A stretch of DNA of 57,734 nt from a virus (Duplodnaviria > Caudoviricetes). Below are positions 28,695 to 36,684 of this stretch, in pieces (positions within the stretch are counted from its first letter, which is position 1; each line of letters begins with the position of its first letter). The position numbers and the translations under genes are program-made. Below the pieces are notes generated by a model that did not search any database, had not been told where the DNA came from, and saw only the letters and a program-made list of their open reading frames with translations. The stretch spans positions 1-57,734 of IMG/VR virus record IMGVR_UViG_3300030107_006967. The stretch is one strand, 5' to 3'.

Positions 28695-29732
28695 TTAATT
28701 AATACCAGCCAAACGTTTCATACGATCCAGTTTTGGATCGGCTTCCTGTTTAGCCTCGCTGCCTTTAAGCAAAGCTGAAGAACGCTTTGTTACCGCCTCG
28801 CTAAGTGATTTCGGAGCGTGTTTTTGTTTAACTCGCTCTCCCACTGCGCCTTGAAGGGTCTCGTAAATTACTTTTGCCTCTTCAACTGTTTTAGAATTTG
28901 AAATAGCTTCGACAATTTTATCTTTTTGTCGCCCATTCAACGAGTCACTATTCAAAGTCTTGTTTGTATAAAGCAACCTAGCATTTTGCAGGTTAACTTC
29001 ACTTAAAGTATCTTTTACCTTGTCGGCGAAGGCTCTCATCTCTTCAACCCCTTCGCTCATTGTTTTTAGTTTTTTCTCAAGGATTTTGTTTTGTTTTTGC
29101 GAAAGCACTAGCGCTTCCTTAAGCTTGTCCATTTCCTCATCATCACTATCATCATGGGCAGCAAGAGCCTCTGCTTCAAGCTCTGCTTGGCGAGTCTCAT
29201 ATTGTGGCTTTTCTAGCCAGCCTGTTTTTTCTGGATGAAAGTCAAGGGTGAGTTTTTCTGCAATATCTTTTAGTTTCTCTTCTGAAATTTCAATTTCATC
29301 ACTATTCTCAAAAAGATTTGCCAAATCAATTTCTTCATCTATATTACCAACATCTTGGCTCACTTCAGAAGAGTGCTCGGCGGCTTCTAGTTCTGTTGAA
29401 ATTTCTTCGTGCTCCATCATATCTTCAGGGTCAGTCTCTTCTCCTAGAGTTGCTTTTACCAATTCTTCCAATTGGTCTAGATTTAACTCCAAAGGCTTGT
29501 CTCCAGACATCTCTAAGTCATCTTCAACCGATTGTGATGGTACGGGTTGCACGGCGGCATATTCCATTTCGTCTTCTGGTGCTTCGTTTAGCATAGCATC
29601 AACCGCTTCTCGTATCTCTGTTGAATATTTTTCGATTATTTCTGATTCGGCATTTTTTATAGCCGCATCCTTAAGGGCTGCTGCGTCCACAATTGCTTGT
29701 TCTAACATAGATGACATTTTTTGATCTCCCAA
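28695..29732 (-). CDS. Prohead core/scaffold protein (gp22-like); start may be MSSMLE
   Basis: Acidic coiled coil with many L/I-x-E sites, LSEVNLQNARLLY, ends RMKRLAGI; directly upstream of the capsid gene. Confidence 0.75.
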   Translation of the reverse strand: MGDQKMSSMLEQAIVDAAALKDAAIKNAESEIIEKYSTEIREAVDAMLNEAPEDEMEYAAVQPVPSQSVEDDLEMSGDKPLELNLDQLEELVKATLGEETDPEDMMEHEEISTELEAAEHSSEVSQDVGNIDEEIDLANLFENSDEIEISEEKLKDIAEKLTLDFHPEKTGWLEKPQYETRQAELEAEALAAHDDSDDEEMDKLKEALVLSQKQNKILEKKLKTMSEGVEEMRAFADKVKDTLSEVNLQNARLLYTNKTLNSDSLNGRQKDKIVEAISNSKTVEEAKVIYETLQGAVGERVKQKHAPKSLSEAVTKRSSALLKGSEAKQEADPKLDRMKRLAGIN

Positions 29733-29765
29733 ATTTTATAAATAAAAAGAATAATTTTCCAGTAA

Positions 29766-29773
29766 TAATTAGT
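29766..29773 (-). promoter_or_regulatory. ACTAATTA putative late promoter
   Basis: Intergenic upstream of the scaffold-capsid operon. Confidence 0.5.
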
Positions 29774-29812
29774 CTCTTTATATTCAAAAGATCCAAAAAA
29801 ACACACTTTGTC

Positions 29813-30067
29813 CTAAGAAATCACAAGGTTATCATTTTTATCCCAATAAATATTGGTATTCCCCTCTATAAATGAAGATATTGCTTGCAAATAAAATTCC
29901 ATTTCTCCGGGGCTCATTTTCTTTATGTTGACTTGATATATACACCATTGAATAACGGTGTTAACTAGGAAGGCTTTTTTCGCATATACAACGTTATCTT
30001 CAACACGATAATCTTTATCGTATGCCCTTATGTACTCCAAAATATCTTTTCTAGATGCGATTTTCAT
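29813..30067 (-). CDS. Hypothetical protein
   Basis: 84-aa ORF filling the gap on the coding strand. Confidence 0.55.
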   Translation of the reverse strand: MKIASRKDILEYIRAYDKDYRVEDNVVYAKKAFLVNTVIQWCIYQVNIKKMSPGEMEFYLQAISSFIEGNTNIYWDKNDNLVIS

Positions 30068-30084
30068 AATATATAAAGATGAAC

Positions 30085-30106
30085 TCGGGGGTCCTTAGAC
30101 CCCCGA
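30085..30106. terminator. GC-rich hairpin after the long fibre gene
   Basis: TCGGGGGTC-CTTA-GACCCCCGA perfect 9-bp stem; weak T-tract. Confidence 0.55.
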
Positions 30107-30120
30107 ATCCAAATTAAGAA

Positions 30121-32970
30121 TTACTTCTTAAGGTTTGTGATAACTTTTTTCAAGTCGTCGATTTGAACTTGTTGAGCCTTTACAGCCTCTACGAGAACAG
30201 AAGTAAGCCTTGAATAGTCAACACCGTGGATTCCGTCATTACCTACGGACACGGCTTGTGGGAGAACGCTCTTTACGTCCTGAGCGAGGAAACCGAAGTC
30301 TCTTTCGCCAGAACCTTTCCAAGTGAACTCAACACCATTAAGGCTCATAACTGCATCGAGAGCATTGTCCATAGCAGTTATTTCTTCCTTGAGGCTTTCA
30401 TCCGAGTAGGTTACGAAAGCAGTTGCCTGAATTTTACCAGCATCGCCAGCAAGATTCGCAACTTCAATAGCGTATCCACTTGTTGTTGTGCCCAGTTCGA
30501 GAATTTGAGCAGTTCCATTGTGCATGACCGCCTTGTCATCAGAAGCGTCATACATGAAGTATGCGCCAGCAGTGTCACCGAAAACTTTGAAGTCATTGGA
30601 CATAGATCCATCATTCTTGTTAATAGTAACATCAGTAGCGAATTGGGTTCCGCCAGAAGCCGCTTTAGCAAAGGTAACCCCGCCTCCGCCGCCGAAGCCA
30701 CCAAGAGTGGAGAAACCAGCTTGAGAAGCATCACTGTCCATTTGAATAGCAGCTACACCTTGACTGTTAGCGATATTTTCTCCGATAATTTGGACATTTC
30801 CGTGGAAACCAACATTACGACTTGCAGACTCAAGTGTCATATTTGGCGTAGTTCCAACAGTAGAGCCAAGACCAATCAACAACTTATCTGCGGAATCGTC
30901 AAGACCCATATAGAAGTCTTGTGCGTTACCGTCAAAAACAAGCTTGCTATCTTCTGCGTCAGCATCACCGATAACAAGTGTCGGAGTAGTACCAGCGATT
31001 ACAACACCTGCTGCTGGAGCAGCAATGCGAAGCTGATCTGCTCCATCTTCGTCATACTCAATGGAAGCATCTTGATCATTACCGAAGTAAATTTTCTTAT
31101 CATCAGCGATGTAAACATCGCCAAATTCTGCACCGGTAGAACCAATGTCAGCACCGCCAGCGGCGTCTGGAAGGAGTGAAGTGTTAACGGTGACAGTTGT
31201 GAATGTTGCAGCAGCAGCAGATTCTCCACCGATTACTACTCCATCGATTTCACCAGAGCTGATATATGCAGCAACTGGGTCTGCATCTGTACCAAGTTGA
31301 TCGATGTAACCAATACCATTAACATAGAGATCTTTCCACTGAAGACTTGCAGCACCTAAGTCATAAGTGTTATCAGTTTTAGGATCAATATCAGCAGCAA
31401 TGCGACCAGTAATAACAACATCATCACCAGTGGCATCACCAAGAGTTACTGCGCCGTCAAAAGAAACAGCCTGTTCGAATGTTACAGCATTGCCAGCGAA
31501 ACGAAGTTCACTTGTGCCGTTTGCATCATATTCGATGGATGCGTCTTGATCGCTACCGAAGTAGATTTTCTTGTCATCAGCAAGGTAAACGTCGCCAAGC
31601 TCTAAAGTTGCAGAACCAAGGTTTGTTCCACCAGCGGTTACTGGTAAGAGGTTGGAAGCGAGATTTACCGCTCCAGTTACATTAAGGGTTCCACCCAAGA
31701 ATGCATTGCCTTGGAAAAGAACTTCACTTGACCCGGACATCTTTCCTGATGTAGAGACAGCGCCTACTAATTCAGAAGATCCTGAAACAGCAAGGTTGCT
31801 CGTGAATGTAGCACCGTGCGCTTGAACCTTAGAAGAGCCCGAGATGCTTGTTGCTGTGAACGCCTTTGAAGAAAGTGGACCAGAGAAAGTCACTGTGTCG
31901 TTGGATTGGTTACCAAAGGTAACATTCCCACCCAAATCAACATTGAAGTCTAACTTGTTTGCAGCAATTGCAGCATCAGACTTGACATTGGCGTTTACAA
32001 CAGAGTTGTCAGCCAATTTTGCCTCAGTAATAGCGTCGTTGGCAATAGTCAAAGCACCGCCAGCAGCAACAGTTGCGTCACTGGAGATTGTTACGTAAGA
32101 CGGATCAGTTCCATCAGATTGAAGGAATTGTGCAGCAGTACCTTTTGCAAGAAGTGAAGGATCACCAGATGCATCACCTAAGATGATAGAACCTCTAGTA
32201 ATGCCTGCCATCTTAGCCAAAGTAACTGCGTTGTCAACAATGCTTGCTTCAACGACAGCGTTAGCAGCCAGCTGATCAGCGCCAACTGCGTCATCAGCAA
32301 TCATTGCTTGCTCAACAGCGTCGTTAGCGATTGTTACTGCACCATTTGCAGCGAGAGCAATGTCACCAGATACTGCAACAGAATTAACATCTGTTCCGTC
32401 ACCGACAAGGATTTGACCGGATGTCTTCGCATCTAAGTCAGTTGGAGCATTAGCAGCACCACCAACCTTGACAGACCCACGAGTGATGTTTGCCAACTTA
32501 GCGTTGGTTACTTGATCATCAGCGATGTGCACTGTGTCGATTGCGCCATCAGCGATTTCATCAGAGTTAACAGCGTCATCAGCAAGCATGCTGTTTTCAA
32601 CTGCTTGAGCAGCAATTGTAAGCGCTCCGGCAGAGTTGATTGTGGCGTCACCGCCAGTAACCAAGGCGAAAACACCTTTGGCGAGATTTGTCATACTAAC
32701 ACGCTTTTCAGTTCCGTTGTCAGAGACAAGGAACTCATCTTGAGTGGCGTGAGGGGCGTCATCCAATTCAGTAAATGAATCGATATCAACAGATTTTTCG
32801 AGATCAATTGGGTTTCCGTCCTCAAGTTGCATATAAAGTTTAGCATTGGTCATCGTACCACTAGCAAAGAGGTAGACACCACCCTTTGGGGCGGATGCAG
32901 GGTCTCCAGAACCTGAAACGTTCTGAAGTTGAATATATTTACCATATTCTGATTCTGTAAAATAAGCCAT
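30121..32970 (-). CDS. Long fibre protein with C-terminal peptidase S74 intramolecular chaperone
   Basis: Ala/Asp/Gly/Thr-rich repeats (AVxxxxIADD pentads); C-terminal YSDESLK...L.GV.F.WK...GFLAQDV..VLP.AV...VDYSRL...LVEAVK. Confidence 0.85.
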   Translation of the reverse strand: MAYFTESEYGKYIQLQNVSGSGDPASAPKGGVYLFASGTMTNAKLYMQLEDGNPIDLEKSVDIDSFTELDDAPHATQDEFLVSDNGTEKRVSMTNLAKGVFALVTGGDATINSAGALTIAAQAVENSMLADDAVNSDEIADGAIDTVHIADDQVTNAKLANITRGSVKVGGAANAPTDLDAKTSGQILVGDGTDVNSVAVSGDIALAANGAVTIANDAVEQAMIADDAVGADQLAANAVVEASIVDNAVTLAKMAGITRGSIILGDASGDPSLLAKGTAAQFLQSDGTDPSYVTISSDATVAAGGALTIANDAITEAKLADNSVVNANVKSDAAIAANKLDFNVDLGGNVTFGNQSNDTVTFSGPLSSKAFTATSISGSSKVQAHGATFTSNLAVSGSSELVGAVSTSGKMSGSSEVLFQGNAFLGGTLNVTGAVNLASNLLPVTAGGTNLGSATLELGDVYLADDKKIYFGSDQDASIEYDANGTSELRFAGNAVTFEQAVSFDGAVTLGDATGDDVVITGRIAADIDPKTDNTYDLGAASLQWKDLYVNGIGYIDQLGTDADPVAAYISSGEIDGVVIGGESAAAATFTTVTVNTSLLPDAAGGADIGSTGAEFGDVYIADDKKIYFGNDQDASIEYDEDGADQLRIAAPAAGVVIAGTTPTLVIGDADAEDSKLVFDGNAQDFYMGLDDSADKLLIGLGSTVGTTPNMTLESASRNVGFHGNVQIIGENIANSQGVAAIQMDSDASQAGFSTLGGFGGGGGVTFAKAASGGTQFATDVTINKNDGSMSNDFKVFGDTAGAYFMYDASDDKAVMHNGTAQILELGTTTSGYAIEVANLAGDAGKIQATAFVTYSDESLKEEITAMDNALDAVMSLNGVEFTWKGSGERDFGFLAQDVKSVLPQAVSVGNDGIHGVDYSRLTSVLVEAVKAQQVQIDDLKKVITNLKK

Positions 32971-33049
32971 ACATAAATCCTCCTATTAGGTTTAATTATT
33001 TGTTAAAAAGATTGAGATTAAAGAAAAGACGCTACAAGAGCGCCTATTA

Positions 33050-33057
33050 TAAATAGT
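33050..33057 (-). promoter_or_regulatory. ACTATTTA putative late promoter
   Basis: In the 185-nt gap upstream of the fibre gene. Confidence 0.55.
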
Positions 33058-33155
33058 TTTGAAGGGGGGATTTAGTTCCTAAAGAATGCTTATTTTATTC
33101 GTAGTATAATTAAACACCAGAAAAGACTGCAATTTTATGCACAAAAATCTGATTA

Positions 33156-33623
33156 TTAATGATGATGAATACCTGATCCAGTTAAAACATACATGTCTCC
33201 GCTTGGAATATGAGTTAACTCTGCTGCTAGCTGAAAACCGCTTTGTCCCTCGCCAGCGCTGGATATGTACACCTCTTTGCACTTAATGTTAAATACAGTT
33301 GGCTGATTCCTAAAAGATCCGGTGATGTAATTGTCCAGACTCCCAGAGGTATGCTTTGTCATATCTGGCGGTACTACATAATAATTTCTAGCTGGTATGA
33401 TGCCTTGGTTTGCGACGACATCAACAAAATGAAACTTTATCGAAGCGGATCCTGTATTCAAGATTTGGATTGATCTTGTGACATAGGGAAAATCAAGTCT
33501 CAATTGAGAACCAGCTTGACTACCATCTCCATTTTCTATAACAGACCCTGTTATGTATGGACGCCCTGCGACCTGATATGCGCCTGTGCTCCCTAGCCCA
33601 CTTGCTCTTGGTTGATATGCCAT
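33156..33623 (-). CDS. Probable small virion structural protein
   Basis: Beta-rich, five [ST]GS motifs, MAY start, AGGAG SD; in the head gene cluster. Confidence 0.6.
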   Translation of the reverse strand: MAYQPRASGLGSTGAYQVAGRPYITGSVIENGDGSQAGSQLRLDFPYVTRSIQILNTGSASIKFHFVDVVANQGIIPARNYYVVPPDMTKHTSGSLDNYITGSFRNQPTVFNIKCKEVYISSAGEGQSGFQLAAELTHIPSGDMYVLTGSGIHHH

Positions 33624-33634
33624 TTTATTTTCTC

Positions 33635-33871
33635 CTAGTCCTTATATTTAGCATCATATTCTCTTTGAAGCCTTTTTAATATTCTGTTGCGTTCTTTTCT
33701 TTTGCGGCGGCGCTTATCCGTTGGTTTTTCAAAAAACATATGTTTTTCTCGCCATTCATCTTGAATGCCTTCTTTTTTAACCTTTTTTATAAATCTCTTG
33801 ATCATCCTTTCGGGAGATTCATTTTTTCTTGGTGTAACCTCAACATTAACTGGTTTTGCTCTCTTTCTCAT
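33635..33871 (-). CDS. rpsU: Phage-encoded 30S ribosomal protein bS21
   Basis: V...KNES.ERMIKRF.KKVKKEGI..E.R....FEKPT.KRRRK matches the bS21 consensus. Confidence 0.88.
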   Translation of the reverse strand: MRKRAKPVNVEVTPRKNESPERMIKRFIKKVKKEGIQDEWREKHMFFEKPTDKRRRKRKERNRILKRLQREYDAKYKD

Positions 33872-33878
33872 TGTGTAC

Positions 33879-34310
33879 CTATTTAATCATTTGTTTCCAC
33901 GCGGAGGAAGCGCCCAGAATTCCAGAAATATCTACTCCGGGATCACTTGGGTCAACATCGCCCAGCGGAGATGTGGGTGCGGCTGATGCTCCGGGAGCGC
34001 CACCTTTTTTTACCGGTGTAGTGCCCTCAAAAACATTAACTCCTCCATATGCGTCCTTACCAATCGCATCAAGCATTCTTTGCTTTGTTTCTTGAAGTTG
34101 CTTTTTCTTTTCTTGTGTTCGCATCTCTTGAAACTTTACTTTTTCCTGTGATTCTTGTTGCGAGGGCTTCTTTTCAACAACTCTTTCGGTCACAACATTT
34201 GTACCAATGCCCTTTACAACTTCTGATACAATTGTTGAGAGAAAACCCTCGGTCACAAGAACTTCCCTTACGCTTTCCTTAATAAGTTGTTTAAATTCTG
34301 ATTTTTTCAT
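33879..34310 (-). CDS. Hypothetical head-cluster protein (possible prohead core/internal protein)
   Basis: N-terminal MKKSEFKQLIKESVREVL; follows the prohead protease gene. Confidence 0.65.
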   Translation of the reverse strand: MKKSEFKQLIKESVREVLVTEGFLSTIVSEVVKGIGTNVVTERVVEKKPSQQESQEKVKFQEMRTQEKKKQLQETKQRMLDAIGKDAYGGVNVFEGTTPVKKGGAPGASAAPTSPLGDVDPSDPGVDISGILGASSAWKQMIK

Positions 34311-34314
34311 ATTA

Positions 34315-34911
34315 CTAACTTAAAATATCCTGTATTAGCCTGTTTAATTTATCTGCCTTGGTAAAGACGTTGTTGTCTTTATTTTCCTTCATCATAAAAG
34401 CACCAGCCGTAGAAGGTTCCGAAACCATATCAAAGCAAATTAGCTGAAAGTCGTCGTTTACCAGTGATCCTTTCGGGCTTTCTGATAGAGTGCCTGTCCC
34501 TCTAGAGGAGATACCAATTTTGCACCCCCCTTCAACTAAAGCCCTCAATATTTGACCAGATGGCGTATTAAGGACTTGTAATTTACCATAAACATCATTG
34601 CCTTCCATCCAGACGGCTGTCATCTTGTGAGAAACATTGGCAAGATTAACAATATTGGACTCCGGATGGTCTAGTTCTCCCAAGGCTCTGTTTTCTTCCA
34701 CTAGCTTTTCGTATAAACCTATCTCTCTTTTCAACACACCCTCTGTGTATATCCTACCGTTTCCATTGGGAACACCACAGCGTTGAATTACTCCGGATAA
34801 TATCATACCCCCATCTGCCACAAATCTTTTTTCGGATTCAGTAAGCAAATCTTGACAGATACCTCCGTCGCAAAGCTCATAATACTCTCTAATTACCATT
34901 TTTTCAGTCAT
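34315..34911 (-). CDS. Prohead protease (gp21-like)
   Basis: NGNGRIY, ALGELDHP, VSH, TPSGQI, GISSRGTG, FDMVSEPST. Confidence 0.95.
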   Translation of the reverse strand: MTEKMVIREYYELCDGGICQDLLTESEKRFVADGGMILSGVIQRCGVPNGNGRIYTEGVLKREIGLYEKLVEENRALGELDHPESNIVNLANVSHKMTAVWMEGNDVYGKLQVLNTPSGQILRALVEGGCKIGISSRGTGTLSESPKGSLVNDDFQLICFDMVSEPSTAGAFMMKENKDNNVFTKADKLNRLIQDILS

Positions 34912-34945
34912 ATTTTTTTCCTCTGACGGGCGTTACCCGTGCGAG

Positions 34946-34999
34946 CTACGATCCTTTGCAGCATCTTCTAACTGGTTGTAAAATCCATTTTGCCGTCAT
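34946..34999 (-). CDS. Unannotated 17-aa peptide MTAKWILQPVRRCCKGS
   Basis: AGGAG SD 8 nt upstream of the ATG; fills the gap between two genes. Confidence 0.5.
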   Translation of the reverse strand: MTAKWILQPVRRCCKGS

Positions 35000-35010
35000 A
35001 TCGTACTCTC

Positions 35011-35328
35011 CTATTCATGAATATGGTTTATTTTTATTCCACTATCGCCAATAACGGTATTTAAAGCATAAGATGTAGCAGATGATACACAACTTAAAAT
35101 TATCAAATTAGCGATATTATACTCAAAATTAAATAGTTCTGTTAAACCATTTATTCCAAACAAAAATACGCCCACCCAAAAACCCGTACACATTGGGCAA
35201 TGAATAAGTGTCCCAAGCCAATTGGATTTTTCCATAATCCATTCTCTTTGATTTTCAAAAATTGTTCCGTAAACTAAGATTTGAGTCATACCCCAAGAGG
35301 CTAAAACAAAATATATTAAATCCATCAT
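35011..35328 (-). CDS. Small membrane protein with CxxC (DUF1360-like)
   Basis: Three hydrophobic segments; LIHCPMCTGFWVG motif. Confidence 0.6.
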   Translation of the reverse strand: MMDLIYFVLASWGMTQILVYGTIFENQREWIMEKSNWLGTLIHCPMCTGFWVGVFLFGINGLTELFNFEYNIANLIILSCVSSATSYALNTVIGDSGIKINHIHE

Positions 35329-35891
35329 TCATACCTATAAACGCCTGCCAGACCGTAAGAGTATCCGGGATAATATGGCTGCATTGAGCCCTTCGATGTT
35401 TCTTGAGGAACTTCTCCAAGTTCTGTAGAATTCTTTTTAGATGGGTCCAGCAAATCTTCTTCTCTTTCGATCTCCATTTTCTTAACTGAGTTCATATATT
35501 CGTTTTCTGCTACCATAAAGGTTGCTATATTATACAATATGACTTCAGATAAATTTCCTATTTCGTCGCTCTCCGGGTATGTGCCCCCTAGTGAACCAAA
35601 TACATTTGTTCCCTTTACTGTTTCAGGGTCTATCACGCCATGTTCAACAAGGTGGTTAAAAAATCTGTTTTGAGTATTGTAAATTATATCACTAAAATTT
35701 CCTTTACTGTAAGCCACGATCTTTCTCTCGCTTAATTTTACAACTACATTCATATCCCTATGATTAAAAATCATTATATGACCGCCGAGAGACTTTTTCA
35801 TATCTAAAGTCTCGATAAATTCCTGCAAATACTCGGTATTCTCTTTATCTCCTTTCAACTCTATTTTAATCATCTTTTTTTGATTCCTCAA
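35325..35891 (-). CDS. Hypothetical protein (head cluster); start probably MIKIELK
   Basis: Continuous ORF overlapping its neighbours. Confidence 0.7.
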   Translation of the reverse strand: MRNQKKMIKIELKGDKENTEYLQEFIETLDMKKSLGGHIMIFNHRDMNVVVKLSERKIVAYSKGNFSDIIYNTQNRFFNHLVEHGVIDPETVKGTNVFGSLGGTYPESDEIGNLSEVILYNIATFMVAENEYMNSVKKMEIEREEDLLDPSKKNSTELGEVPQETSKGSMQPYYPGYSYGLAGVYRYE

Positions 35892-36684
35892 TAAGTTCTT
35901 GAATCTTTATAATGCTTTTAAGAAGACTGACATCGATTTCCTTATTAGAAAAAGACTCAATTAAATCCAAAATTTCAGTTTTTTGCTCCGGAAATATTTC
36001 CAATACCTCTGAAGAAGTTATTTCTTTTTTTAAGCTTCCCAATTCTTCGTCTAAATAAATTTTCATTTCCAAATCATCATTTGTTGTTGAATTTAAATAA
36101 ACTCCCAAAAGTTTTCTTTGCCTCTCGTTCAACCCACTATAAGATTCGTTGAATTTATTAACAAAAGTTTTATATACAACATTATCTATATGCTGCATTC
36201 CGCTATCGCTTAATACACCATCCCCTAAGAGCATCTTTTCGATTATACCCTCTTCCAAAAGCACTCTGTTCTTTGCTTCAATTTTTGGATTATTAAATAT
36301 TTGATGAAGTGTTGCTAAATCTTTATAATTTGGTACAAAATTTGAGTATATATCTTGCGAAACTTCCTTGTTTATTTTAGATATTAAATTACTTTGCTCG
36401 TTAAACAAAGCCTTGTTATCTATGGCGCTTCTCTCCAGCCTAGATTCAAAAAATATTTTTTCCGCTACTCTTTTTTCTTCTACATTCGTATTCAAAATAT
36501 TTTGATATAATTTTAAATCTTTACGAAGAATTGAATTTGGTCTAAAAAACTCTTTTAATATAGACACAATCTTATCGCGCTGCACTTGGTCTTTTGCTAA
36601 GGATGCTTTTGTTAATTGTCTTATCAGTGCTTCATAAAGAAAAGCGGTGTTTCTTTTCTTATTGTGTTTGAATTTACTTGACAT
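35866..36684 (-). CDS. Hypothetical helical protein downstream of the portal gene
   Basis: 272 aa; KHNKKRNTAFLYEAL N-terminus; coupled to the portal gene. Confidence 0.75.
   Translation of the reverse strand: MSSKFKHNKKRNTAFLYEALIRQLTKASLAKDQVQRDKIVSILKEFFRPNSILRKDLKLYQNILNTNVEEKRVAEKIFFESRLERSAIDNKALFNEQSNLISKINKEVSQDIYSNFVPNYKDLATLHQIFNNPKIEAKNRVLLEEGIIEKMLLGDGVLSDSGMQHIDNVVYKTFVNKFNESYSGLNERQRKLLGVYLNSTTNDDLEMKIYLDEELGSLKKEITSSEVLEIFPEQKTEILDLIESFSNKEIDVSLLKSIIKIQELIEESKKDD

Noticed and set aside
32971-33155. tRNA or structured ncRNA in the largest intergenic gap; also ORF 33079..33282
   Set aside because: AT-rich with no cloverleaf or T-loop; contains only the late motif. The ORF overlaps a better gene
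34912-34948. Read-through of the 17-aa peptide's TAG into the prohead protease
   Set aside because: The protease ATG is one base out of frame
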